This document shows positions 26,635-35,974 of a stretch of 48,823 nt of DNA, piece by piece. The position numbers were made by a program, and so were the translations under genes. Source of the stretch: an uncultured Clostridia bacterium. Lineage in GTDB: Bacteria; Bacillota; Clostridia; JAAYHZ01. Every line of letters begins with the position of its first letter. Position 1 is the stretch's first letter. A model generated the notes under the pieces. It searched no databases. It was not told the DNA's origin and was given only the letters and a program-made list of their open reading frames with translations. The stretch covers positions 1-48,823 of the forward strand of contig CALCRE010000060.1 of assembly GCA_937894465.1 (NCBI GenBank), given 5' to 3'.

Positions 26635-29106
26635 ATGGAATATATACCTGCTGAGAATGTTTGGGAAATAGAACCGATCGCATGGGAAAAAGCAATTGAT
26701 AACGAGATGTCCGAAAGGATTTATAACATACTGTTAAAGTGGTTGCCTTATGCTGATTCCCAATTTAGCGACACTTGGAACACACGACCTAACTGCGGAC
26801 ACTTTTTCGGTGGTTCCTATTGGTACGGGCAAGAAACCGCACATACTGTGGTTGTATTCGCAGTACTGTCTAAGCTTGGCCCCTATCAAGCCGAAGTGAC
26901 CTGTATCTCCAGAGACCAGGTAAAGATCAAAGCAATCAAAGCCATTCGGTATTTAGCATTTACGCATGACACCGGTCCTGAGGATTGCGTTCGGGATCAA
27001 GGTCCTAATCCTCATTGCAGCGGCAAAAAGTGGGGTGGAATGTATGACGGTTTCTTTATGGCTTCTCAAACCGGAAGAACCGTTGCATACCTAGGCCTTG
27101 CGGCATGGTTGCTGTGGGACGATCTGGATGATGAAACTAAAATGGCCGTTCAAAATGTCGTATCTTGGTATGCGGACAGGTGGTCAACGGAGCCACCCCG
27201 TAATGGAGCGTTTTTTGACACCCAAGTTGAAGAGAACGCTTGGACGGCTCAAGGCATATCCACAGCATACAACATGTTTCCGGAACATCCACACCGACAG
27301 ACTTGGAAGGATGGGTTTATACGGTGGTCTCTCAACACCGCCACCACTTTTGCAGATCGGCTCAATCAAGAAAATTATGAAGGAAAACCGTTGAATCATT
27401 GGATTAACTGCATTACACTTTTCCCGGACTACACCACTGAAAATCATGCATTTGTTCATCCTAGTTATCTTAGCGCCGGTATCAATTTAAGAGGCGTCCA
27501 TGCCTTGTTCAGTATGATTTCCGATCAACAAATTCTTGAAAGTGCTTTGTACAACAATGAAAAAGTATACGAGAAAGCTTTAAAATTATTCACACAGTAT
27601 GACGGGTTGGTCATTCCGGTACAAGGTCAAGACTGGTGGTACAACAGACAACATGAACGACAACTCACTCACACCATTTTAAATGTTCTGCATCATAACG
27701 CTGATGCGGCAAGACTGTGTCGCAATGCTTTGACAAGCATAGAGAAAATACAAAACTCCAATATAAGGGGCTGTTTATTGGAAGAAAAAGGTGAAGAATG
27801 TGTCATTCGTCCCGGATTGCAATTTGCAAAGGATATGGAACACGGTTCTGCGGCGGATCTTTTGGTTTCCTACATGCTTTATTTATTCGGCGGGAACGGA
27901 GTATCTCCTTCGGATCAGCAGCAAATGCAATCAAGGTTGTCCGGAGTGTATTACTTCCCTTATGGTAGTTTGTTGGTGCACCGCAAACCGGACAGTTTTA
28001 CAAGTTTCAGCTGGCGAAATAATTGTATGGGATTATGTCTTCCGGAAGCCGGTATGTGGGATATCACCGCGATGTTTTCAAGCTTTACCGGTCACATCGT
28101 CTTTTCAGAGAAAAAAGGTGTCAAGGGCTTATCTAATGAGATTCATATCCGTGAAACGTTGAATCACAGCGAAAGGGTATACAATGACGGATTCGCAGCT
28201 TGTGCATCCATTTCCCGTGGCGACCGGGAAATCATACAGGATGTGGCATTTGTTTCACTACCTGATGGTAACACGGTATATATAGAGCAATTAAACATAC
28301 AAAAGCCTTGTGAAAATGCGACCGTGGAAACAGGTTTGATCGGTATAAGGAATGAAAATCTAATCAATGCACCGGATCTGGCTCCGGGTAAGATCGATTT
28401 ATACACAGAAAACGCAAAGAAGACCTATAAGGGGTTTTATGGTTCCGAACCGGATGAAATCGACGATTACAAACCTTCGAAGTATGTGAATGTGAACAAC
28501 ACCATGGGTTATGTATTAGGCGGTTCTTCCGGAATCCGCTATGTCAACAAGCACGTTTATCCCCAATGGAAAGGCGTTGAGGATCAGTTGATACTGAATC
28601 ATATGGGAGAAAAGACCTTTGACAAAGAGCAGACTCTTGCTCCTTTTGTTGTCATGGTTATGCCCAATAAAACATATCAACAAACCGCCATGTCGGTAAA
28701 CGATTTGATGGTGATGAACCCGAAATGTCCAAAAACCGTATTATTAACCGCTTGCAATCATCTTGTCACAGTAAATTTCAATGATAAATCGGTGAATACC
28801 GCCGGAGAATTCGAAATAAAAAGAGCTCAAGTGATGCTATTCAAGGGGATCAATCGAATTTTCGACAATCATTATATTTGGCACGGAGAACTTTCTGCAT
28901 TTTCTTCGGATTATCACCCTTGTTTGTATATGATCAAAGCAAGCGACTTTCCAAGATTCAATCTTCATGTACTGGTGTCCAAGGAGAAGGTTTTTTTTGA
29001 AAACAGATCCGACCACACAACTGTGTTTACTTTATGCAATTCCTTTGGTGATGAATTAAAGGATTATCGTTTGAAAAGAAATGAAATTGATATGTGGAAT
29101 TTGTAG
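26635..29106 (+). CDS. large cytoplasmic (alpha/alpha)-toroid-like enzyme, possibly heparinase II/III-like polysaccharide lyase family
   Basis: 823 aa with no signal peptide. N-terminal helical, Trp-rich region and C-terminal beta-rich region. Assignment is by overall architecture only. Confidence 0.35.
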   Translation: MEYIPAENVWEIEPIAWEKAIDNEMSERIYNILLKWLPYADSQFSDTWNTRPNCGHFFGGSYWYGQETAHTVVVFAVLSKLGPYQAEVTCISRDQVKIKAIKAIRYLAFTHDTGPEDCVRDQGPNPHCSGKKWGGMYDGFFMASQTGRTVAYLGLAAWLLWDDLDDETKMAVQNVVSWYADRWSTEPPRNGAFFDTQVEENAWTAQGISTAYNMFPEHPHRQTWKDGFIRWSLNTATTFADRLNQENYEGKPLNHWINCITLFPDYTTENHAFVHPSYLSAGINLRGVHALFSMISDQQILESALYNNEKVYEKALKLFTQYDGLVIPVQGQDWWYNRQHERQLTHTILNVLHHNADAARLCRNALTSIEKIQNSNIRGCLLEEKGEECVIRPGLQFAKDMEHGSAADLLVSYMLYLFGGNGVSPSDQQQMQSRLSGVYYFPYGSLLVHRKPDSFTSFSWRNNCMGLCLPEAGMWDITAMFSSFTGHIVFSEKKGVKGLSNEIHIRETLNHSERVYNDGFAACASISRGDREIIQDVAFVSLPDGNTVYIEQLNIQKPCENATVETGLIGIRNENLINAPDLAPGKIDLYTENAKKTYKGFYGSEPDEIDDYKPSKYVNVNNTMGYVLGGSSGIRYVNKHVYPQWKGVEDQLILNHMGEKTFDKEQTLAPFVVMVMPNKTYQQTAMSVNDLMVMNPKCPKTVLLTACNHLVTVNFNDKSVNTAGEFEIKRAQVMLFKGINRIFDNHYIWHGELSAFSSDYHPCLYMIKASDFPRFNLHVLVSKEKVFFENRSDHTTVFTLCNSFGDELKDYRLKRNEIDMWNL

Positions 29107-29133
29107 GATAAATTTTTAAAATTGGAGGTCATT

Positions 29134-29973
29134 ATGATACCCACAGTTGATTTTTACGGCCACAAGATAAGCAGATTGATTTTAGGCGACAATCCTTTCA
29201 CCGGACATTCCTATATCGAGTCACTCCACTCCGGTGAAGAGATGATGGATTATTACACAGCAGAAAGTTGTGTAAAAGCTATGTTTGAGGCTCAAGAAAG
29301 CGGAATTAACACTTATATGGCTTTAGGAGATCCTTTCATTTTACGTGTCATCCGGCAGTACAAGAATGAAGGCGGAAAGATGAACATCATGTTTCAATCC
29401 TATGCCGGAATGGATTTAGCCGTCAACTTGAGAATGATGTTAAAATGCGAACCCATAGCCATTTATCATCAAGGATCCACCGCAGATTACTATTGTGAAC
29501 AAGGTCAGGAAAAACTTCTGAAAGAGCGCATTAAAATGATTAAGGACACCGGCGTCATAGCGGGAATGGCTACCCATGTACCGGAAACCCTTTTACGCGC
29601 ATATGAGGAGGATTGGGGCGCAGACTTTTACAGCGCATGCCTTTATAACGCAAGAAGACAACAAAGAGGTCAGCAAAGCGGTTTCATCACCGGTAAAACA
29701 AAAGAACACCTTGTTTTCTTCCCGGAGGATCGACTCTCCATGTTTGATGCCATTAAAAAGGTTCAAAAACCCATCGTAGCGTTTAAAGTTTTTGCAGGCG
29801 GTCAGGTATTCTTAGGTCATGAACCGGAAGAAATCCCGGCGGTTGCTCATACAGCCTTAAAGGAGGCATATGACAACATCAAGCCTTCGGATATGATCAT
29901 GCTTGGGGTATTCCAAAAACACAAAAATCAGCTGAAGGAAAACACAGATATCGTCAAGAAAATCTTTAAATGA
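29134..29973 (+). CDS. hypothetical protein (possible TIM-barrel-like), co-transcribed with the upstream gene
   Basis: Start MIPTVDF with GGAGG 5 nt upstream, 16-28 nt after the upstream stop. Confidence 0.55.
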   Translation: MIPTVDFYGHKISRLILGDNPFTGHSYIESLHSGEEMMDYYTAESCVKAMFEAQESGINTYMALGDPFILRVIRQYKNEGGKMNIMFQSYAGMDLAVNLRMMLKCEPIAIYHQGSTADYYCEQGQEKLLKERIKMIKDTGVIAGMATHVPETLLRAYEEDWGADFYSACLYNARRQQRGQQSGFITGKTKEHLVFFPEDRLSMFDAIKKVQKPIVAFKVFAGGQVFLGHEPEEIPAVAHTALKEAYDNIKPSDMIMLGVFQKHKNQLKENTDIVKKIFK

Positions 29974-30005
29974 TTCGAACAAATAAATAAATAATAAATC
30001 TAATT

Positions 30006-30034
30006 AGCCGGAACCATATGTTTTCCGGCTTTTT
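30006..30034. terminator. bidirectional intrinsic terminator
   Basis: AGCCGGAA-ccatatgtt-TTCCGGCT followed by TTTTAATATT. Confidence 0.7.
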
Positions 30035-30470
30035 AATATTCGTATTTCATAATGATGTTGTCACCTTCACGAAGTTCATCGGTGATCACAAATCCTAATT
30101 TGGTATAAAGATTTTTTGCCGCTTTATTTTCCGGTTCACAATCGATATAGATTTTGTGATAGTTCGGATCTACCGTTATTCGATCCATCAGAAGCTTCAT
30201 GGCTTTGAAGCCATAACCTCTCGATTGATATCCGGCATCGATCATCAATCGATATATGTAATAGGTGTTAACCTCGGCATCAATACAATACATGGTGAAT
30301 CCCACCATAGTCTCGTCATCATAAATAGCCAAAGGAATGCATTCGGGTTCGTATTTGGATTGCGCTAAAGACACGGCATTCGATGCAACAAAGCTTTGTT
30401 GTTCCTGCTTCACTCTCAATCTCAAACATGCCCTGTAATTATCACGAGTTATTGCTCTTAAATAAATCAT
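30033..30470 (-). CDS. GNAT family N-acetyltransferase
   Basis: 145 aa with motif QSRGYGFKAMKLL. Confidence 0.8.
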   Translation of the reverse strand: MIYLRAITRDNYRACLRLRVKQEQQSFVASNAVSLAQSKYEPECIPLAIYDDETMVGFTMYCIDAEVNTYYIYRLMIDAGYQSRGYGFKAMKLLMDRITVDPNYHKIYIDCEPENKAAKNLYTKLGFVITDELREGDNIIMKYEY

Positions 30471-30473
30471 CTG

Positions 30474-30914
30474 TTACTTAATCACCTTCTCCATTTCAAA
30501 ATGAGGAACGGTCACTTCCATAAATTCTTCACCGATAATTTTGTAATCCATTCTTTTGTAAAAGGACAACGCTGTCTTTCTAGCATGTAAAACAATTCTG
30601 CCGTATCCAAGTTCCTTTGCCACTGTTTCTGCAAAGGCAACCATCCGGGTTCCGAACCCTTTACCTTGGTGTTCTTCTTCCACTGCAACCTGTCTCATCT
30701 TGACCGTATGCAAACTTAAGGGGGTTAATACCAATACCCCGATGATAAGCATGTTATAGAAAACACCGATATGGATATCGTTGATTTCCTTGTTTAAATT
30801 CTCTTGGAATAAATTCAATCCCAAAGGTCTTCGAAGAATTTTATCCCTTAACAACAAGGATTGTCGGTAATCTTCCGACTGATATTTTATGATTCTTATA
30901 TCCACTTTTATCAT
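30474..30914 (-). CDS. GNAT family N-acetyltransferase
   Basis: 146 aa with motif HQGKGFGTRMVAFAE. Confidence 0.8.
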   Translation of the reverse strand: MIKVDIRIIKYQSEDYRQSLLLRDKILRRPLGLNLFQENLNKEINDIHIGVFYNMLIIGVLVLTPLSLHTVKMRQVAVEEEHQGKGFGTRMVAFAETVAKELGYGRIVLHARKTALSFYKRMDYKIIGEEFMEVTVPHFEMEKVIK

Positions 30915-31105
30915 TTTTGTTGCTTCATCTTTTTAAGCATGGGAACAATACCGCTATAAATGAAACACATGGATATGAATAATAGGAAAATCAACAGCGC
31001 ACCCCATGTATTGTTCATTTCCGCTTTCACAAGAATCACTGCGTATGCGATAATACCTACAACACCGATTAATATCCTGATCAATTCTTTTTTGTTCTCT
31101 TTCAA
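30911..31105 (-). CDS. small two-TM membrane protein (64 aa)
   Basis: Two hydrophobic helices. Its stop overlaps the downstream GNAT start (ATGA). Confidence 0.5.
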   Translation of the reverse strand: MKENKKELIRILIGVVGIIAYAVILVKAEMNNTWGALLIFLLFISMCFIYSGIVPMLKKMKQQK

Positions 31106-31118
31106 AGTAAAACCTCCG

Positions 31119-31724
31119 TTAACCGTCTATTAAGTATCCATTTTCAACCGCTTCTTGCACAATCATTTTTATATATTCCCACAACAACTTGGAGCCTTCC
31201 TGTATATGGGCATTTTTAGTCAAGACTTGTTCTTTTGTCACATTCAACCGCTTCCATTGCAAGCCTTCCGTCATATAGTTATGATAAATAGGCATAAATC
31301 GATCCAAAGCGTTGGCATATTTGGACTCGTTGCTCCTTCTCTCGTCAAACTCAATCCAAAGGGCAATGAATTGTTTCTTTTGATCGGAAGGCAACAAGCC
31401 GAATATTCTCTCCGCGGCATTTCTCTCTTGTTCCGCTCTTAATTTCGGATCAACCTTCGCATAAGCAAACACATCCCCCGCATCAATTTCCACGATGTCA
31501 TGCAATACGACCATTTGAAAAACCTTAGTTATGTCCAACTCATCAAAATCGGTGTATTCCGATAAAACAAGCGCTGCAACCGCCATATGCCACGAATGCT
31601 CTGCATCGTTTTCCCTACGGGATTGATCCATCAAAACCGTGTTGCGGATTATCTGCTTCGCTTTATCAATTTCAGCTAAAAACCCCAATTGGCTTTCCAA
31701 TCTTTCTAATTTTTTTGCATCCAA
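31119..31724 (-). CDS. HD domain phosphohydrolase (YfbR/5'-deoxynucleotidase-like)
   Basis: H...HD motif: HSWHMAVAALVL...LHDIVEIDAGD. Confidence 0.8.
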   Translation of the reverse strand: MDAKKLERLESQLGFLAEIDKAKQIIRNTVLMDQSRRENDAEHSWHMAVAALVLSEYTDFDELDITKVFQMVVLHDIVEIDAGDVFAYAKVDPKLRAEQERNAAERIFGLLPSDQKKQFIALWIEFDERRSNESKYANALDRFMPIYHNYMTEGLQWKRLNVTKEQVLTKNAHIQEGSKLLWEYIKMIVQEAVENGYLIDG

Positions 31725-31752
31725 TTCATATCACCGTTTCTCTTAATGCATT

Positions 31753-32229
31753 TTATATATTTTTAATACTACAACAAATTTCATCATTCTTCAACAGGAT
31801 GATTCCATAGGAGGCCTGAATAGAATTTCTTGAAACACGACCGATTCTACCGGGATTCATCATCCATATACCTCCTTCGTTTTCCAAATACGGTATATGA
31901 GTATGTCCGAAAAGAATCATGTCGGCATTAACGCTCTCTCCTTTGTAAAAGATTCGAGACAATCCGAATTGTACATTATACCGGTCTCCATGGGTGATAT
32001 AGATTCGCTTTTTGTTTTTGATGATTGTTTTTTCATAAGGATAACATATGACAGTATCGGTGTTGCCCGGCACCATCTCCATGGGTATTTCCGGAAAGTC
32101 TTTTTGCAAGTGTTCTGCATCCGTGATATGATCTCCTAAGTGAATCACCAATTCAGGTCTTTCTTTTTTGACAACGAAAGTCATTGTCTCGTTATCCCTA
32201 TGAGAATCAGCAAAAACAACGATTTTCAA
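31753..32229 (-). CDS. YfcE/MJ0936-type metallophosphoesterase
   Basis: DSHRD, GDHI, GNTD, HGD and GHTH motifs. TTG start overlapping the secA-like stop (TTTGA), with AGGAGGAAG 5 nt upstream. Confidence 0.8.
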   Translation of the reverse strand: MKIVVFADSHRDNETMTFVVKKERPELVIHLGDHITDAEHLQKDFPEIPMEMVPGNTDTVICYPYEKTIIKNKKRIYITHGDRYNVQFGLSRIFYKGESVNADMILFGHTHIPYLENEGGIWMMNPGRIGRVSRNSIQASYGIILLKNDEICCSIKNI

Positions 32230-34631
32230 AACGTCTTCCTCCTATTATTAGCCATCATTCGGCTTTTTCGTGTGAAGAATTCATAGGCTGCCAAAGCCAT
32301 ATACAATAAAATATTCATAGATAAAAAAGCAGGATTTGCCAATAACATGTTAATCCCAAGTTGCTCCGGCCGATCATCCACCAGATAAGTCCATGTGGAA
32401 GACGGTCCAATCAGACCTTCTTTTTTAAGGTCAATGCCCTTTTCGGTCAGGTTTATTGTTTGCAAGGAATTACATACACCGGATTCAATATCTTGCACCA
32501 GTTCATCATAAGCTTGAATCGCCATCTTATGAAATTCGTCCAAAGGTGTTTTACCGGCCATATTCGTAAGATGGATTCCGTTTCTTATATAGTTGATATA
32601 CGATAGATAATCCATCCAACAATGATTGATATGATAAAGCCAAATCATTCTTTCAGCTTCCTCTAAAACATGCTCCGGAATGAATGAACTGTATTTTTTA
32701 TATAGTTCAGGAAGTTTGCTTTTTAAAAGTCCCGGACTCCATCCGAACAAGATCTTCATCCTTTTAGTGTACATCATCCTTCTTTGCTGATCGAGAATGA
32801 ATGTATACCTGTATAATGTCCTTCTTATATCATGGTTTTGACCTTCAATGATCCTTTGTGCATTTCGCACTCTCTTAACAATGATCTTATGTTCCAAAGG
32901 AGCGTCTTGTTTCTCCGGGTAGAATCGAACCGGTATCAATTCCTTTAATTGATATCGGACCATCAAATTATCTTCAAGGCTTGTAAAAAAGCAGCTCACA
33001 CCCGGATCTCCTTGCCTTCCGGCTCTTCCCTTGAGTTGGTTGTCAATCCTTATACTCTCATGTCGATTGGTTCCTATAACATAGAGTCCTCCCAACGATT
33101 TGATTTTTTCCCGATCAATCCCTTCTTCTCTACCCAACTTGATATCAGTTCCTCTTCCCGCCATATTGGTGGATACCGTCACAGCAAAAGAAAGTCCCGC
33201 CTTTGCAATGATACCGGCTTCCAACTCATCATTTTTTGCATTCAACACATTGCATGGAATCCCCGCATTGTAAAGATCCTTTGCCAACCTTTCGGATTCT
33301 TGAACACTGGCAGTCCCGATTAAAATAGGTTGTCCAGTTTTATGCACCTTGCTTATTTCTTCGGTCAAAGCCTTAAATTTTGCATCCTTATGAGTGAATA
33401 TCTTGTCCGGATAATCTATACGAATACACGGCATATTTGTTGGAATCTCCAATACATCCAATCCATAAAAATCAAGAAACTGAGTTTTAGCTGTCGAAGC
33501 CGTTCCGGTCATACCACTGACTTTTTGGTAATTTACAATATAATCTTTCATGGTCATGGAATACAATATTCGTCCGTTTGGTTGGTCTTGAATGCCTTCC
33601 TTTGCTTCTATGGCTGCTTGAAGTCCGTCGGGCCATTGACGGTTATCCGCTATTCTACCTGTGAATTCATCTACAAGTTCGATTTTCCCTCCCCGGACAA
33701 TGTAATCGATGTCTCTTTTCAACAATCCATTGGCATGCAAGGCATTATTTACCCCTGCTAACAAATACCAATTCTTCTGATCATAGAGATTTTCGCAATC
33801 CAACATTTTTTCCACATATTCAGTTCCTTCTTCGGTCAACATAATATTCCGAGCGTATTCATCTGTTTGATAATGGATATCTCTAGTCAATTCCTTGATC
33901 ACCGAATCAATGAATTGTTCATCGCGAATACTTTCATCCGGCACATTACCCGCAAGCACCATTGGGATTCCGGCTTCATCGAGCAAGATGGAATCCACTT
34001 CGTCAATAATAGCATAATGGAAACCTCTTTGAACCAATTGTTGAGGATTGCTTGCAGTAAAGGATCTTAAATGATCAAATCCGGCTTCTTTGGCTGTAGC
34101 GTAGGTTATATCCTTGCAGTAAGCGGTTTTCTTTTCTTTCCAATCCATTCCTTCTTGGATATACCCTGCGGTCAGCCCTAAGAATTCGAATACCGGTCCC
34201 ATCCATTCAGCATCTCTTTTTGCCAAGTAATCGTTAAATGTAAGGATATGTACACCTTTTCCCGTCAAAGCGTTTAAATATGCAGGACAAACAGCTGCAA
34301 GAGTTTTTCCCTCTCCGGTCTTCATATCGATAATTAATCCTTCGTGCAACCCGAGCCCCGCCAATAATTGCACATCAAAATGTCTCATTCCCGAAACTCT
34401 TGTGGATGCCTCCCTTACCAAAGCAAATGCCGGTATCAACAAATCATAGAGATTCTTTCCTTTTATTGCATCGGTTTGCAAACTCCTTGAAAGATTTTTC
34501 AGTTTATGATCACTTAAATCCGACAAATTCATTTCATTGATTTGATCTAAGATTTTCAAATACATCTTCGGAATTTTCTTGTATAGAGGATCGTTTTTAT
34601 TGCTCGGACTGAGTTTTTGTTCCCTTTTCAT
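32226..34631 (-). CDS. secA: SecA-family preprotein translocase ATPase, short divergent form lacking a C-terminal zinc finger (SecA2-like)
   Basis: GEGKTLAA, MTGTA, NMAGRGTDIKLG and GRAGRQGDPG are present. The invariant DEARTPLIISG region is changed to DEAGIPMVLAG. 801 aa, ending in a 24-residue hydrophobic stretch plus a basic tail. Confidence 0.8.
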   Translation of the reverse strand: MKREQKLSPSNKNDPLYKKIPKMYLKILDQINEMNLSDLSDHKLKNLSRSLQTDAIKGKNLYDLLIPAFALVREASTRVSGMRHFDVQLLAGLGLHEGLIIDMKTGEGKTLAAVCPAYLNALTGKGVHILTFNDYLAKRDAEWMGPVFEFLGLTAGYIQEGMDWKEKKTAYCKDITYATAKEAGFDHLRSFTASNPQQLVQRGFHYAIIDEVDSILLDEAGIPMVLAGNVPDESIRDEQFIDSVIKELTRDIHYQTDEYARNIMLTEEGTEYVEKMLDCENLYDQKNWYLLAGVNNALHANGLLKRDIDYIVRGGKIELVDEFTGRIADNRQWPDGLQAAIEAKEGIQDQPNGRILYSMTMKDYIVNYQKVSGMTGTASTAKTQFLDFYGLDVLEIPTNMPCIRIDYPDKIFTHKDAKFKALTEEISKVHKTGQPILIGTASVQESERLAKDLYNAGIPCNVLNAKNDELEAGIIAKAGLSFAVTVSTNMAGRGTDIKLGREEGIDREKIKSLGGLYVIGTNRHESIRIDNQLKGRAGRQGDPGVSCFFTSLEDNLMVRYQLKELIPVRFYPEKQDAPLEHKIIVKRVRNAQRIIEGQNHDIRRTLYRYTFILDQQRRMMYTKRMKILFGWSPGLLKSKLPELYKKYSSFIPEHVLEEAERMIWLYHINHCWMDYLSYINYIRNGIHLTNMAGKTPLDEFHKMAIQAYDELVQDIESGVCNSLQTINLTEKGIDLKKEGLIGPSSTWTYLVDDRPEQLGINMLLANPAFLSMNILLYMALAAYEFFTRKSRMMANNRRKTF

Positions 34632-34758
34632 ATTAAAAGAATTGCTCGGTTACATGATAAACATAAACCGCCTTATACCTTCACTTTCTACTGTAGGATG
34701 GTTCAATATTACCTCAATAACCGCTTTCTTGCAATCATATAATTAGTTGAGAATTTAG

Positions 34759-34773
34759 TTGAGAAGCGTCCCC
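34759..34773 (+). repeat. copy 6 of the motif (TTGAGAAGCGTCCCC), preceded by a partial direct repeat AGTTGAGAA
   Basis: 15-mer lying between the NUDIX stop and the secA-like start. Confidence 0.8.
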
Positions 34774-34789
34774 TTGATTATTTCAACCT

Positions 34790-35236
34790 TTAAATCTTAG
34801 CACTTTCCATCCGTGCTTTTTCAGCTTTCTTGATGCTTTCAACAAGCCATTCCGGAGAATCGGTACCGGAGAGAATTTCTGCATAAGTCATCCAACCGGC
34901 CTCGCTGACTTCATCGGTATCCAATTTTAATTTACCGGATTGGTATTCACATAAAAACACCACATCCACAACCGGCTCGCCTTTGCTTGAATAAAACAAT
35001 TTGCTTTCTAAATAATTAACGTGGTTGGTAACAGTGATTCCTCCCTCTTCTGTAATTTCTCTTTTAATTGTTTCTTCCAGAATGTTCGGCGTTGCGGAAT
35101 CAGTTTCAACCTTCCCTCCCACCAAAGATAAAATACCCGGGGCATGTTCCTCTTTCTCGCTTCTTCTTATAATCAACCATTGATTGTCTTTATAGATTGC
35201 AGCTTCAACATTCACAATGTAAACCATGGTACCCAT
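34790..35236 (-). CDS. NUDIX hydrolase
   Basis: Nudix box GGKVETDSATPNILEETIKREITEEGGI. Confidence 0.85.
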   Translation of the reverse strand: MGTMVYIVNVEAAIYKDNQWLIIRRSEKEEHAPGILSLVGGKVETDSATPNILEETIKREITEEGGITVTNHVNYLESKLFYSSKGEPVVDVVFLCEYQSGKLKLDTDEVSEAGWMTYAEILSGTDSPEWLVESIKKAEKARMESAKI

Positions 35237-35249
35237 GTTCTCTCCCCCT

Positions 35250-35813
35250 TCATCCGAAACTATTTTTGATCAACTTCCAATACTCCCGCTCTGTCAAAGA
35301 ATAGCAGACATCATCGTTTACATCTCCATTATAAATGACAGATGCATTTCTTAATGTTCCTTCATATAGAAAACCGCATTTTTCAATCACTCTTTTAGAA
35401 CGTTGATTGTAAGGATAGTGATACACCGAGAGCAAATCAAGTTCCATCGTTTCAAAAGCATATTTTATAACCGCTTTTGCAGCCTCGGTCATCAAACCTT
35501 TCCCCCAATACGGTTCTGCCAAAACATAACCTAGCATTCTGGCTTTGTCATTGTTCCGCTTATTATCTATATGCAAGCCGATGGATCCAATGACTTTCCC
35601 CGTACTCTTGTCAGTTATTGCCCAAACATCATCTTTTTCTATAAAGATTCTCAGTATATCAGATGAATCTTCTCTACTCTCATGAGGGCACCATCCTGCA
35701 TTCGGACCAACCTTTGGATTTCGGGCATACTCATATAAATCATCCAAATCCTCGTAACGGAACTTCCTAATAATCAATCTGTCAGTCTCTAATGTCTTCA
35801 TAATTTGCCTCAT
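35250..35813 (-). CDS. GNAT N-acetyltransferase (RimJ/RimL-like)
   Basis: 187 aa with a GNAT fold (core motif around LGYVLAEPYWGKGLMTEAAKAVIKYAF). Promoter-like TTGCCG-17-TATAAT upstream. Confidence 0.75.
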   Translation of the reverse strand: MRQIMKTLETDRLIIRKFRYEDLDDLYEYARNPKVGPNAGWCPHESREDSSDILRIFIEKDDVWAITDKSTGKVIGSIGLHIDNKRNNDKARMLGYVLAEPYWGKGLMTEAAKAVIKYAFETMELDLLSVYHYPYNQRSKRVIEKCGFLYEGTLRNASVIYNGDVNDDVCYSLTEREYWKLIKNSFG

Positions 35814-35974
35814 TGCCGTCTTAGCCGGTTTTATAGTGGATAATAATTATATCACTTTTTGAATATACCGGCAAATTTTTTCTTTTTGTTCCGGCTATTT
35901 GAAAAACTGTGGTACGATACACCGTCTCATCACGGTACAAGGGCATAGCGATCATGTAATTACCGTCATATCTT

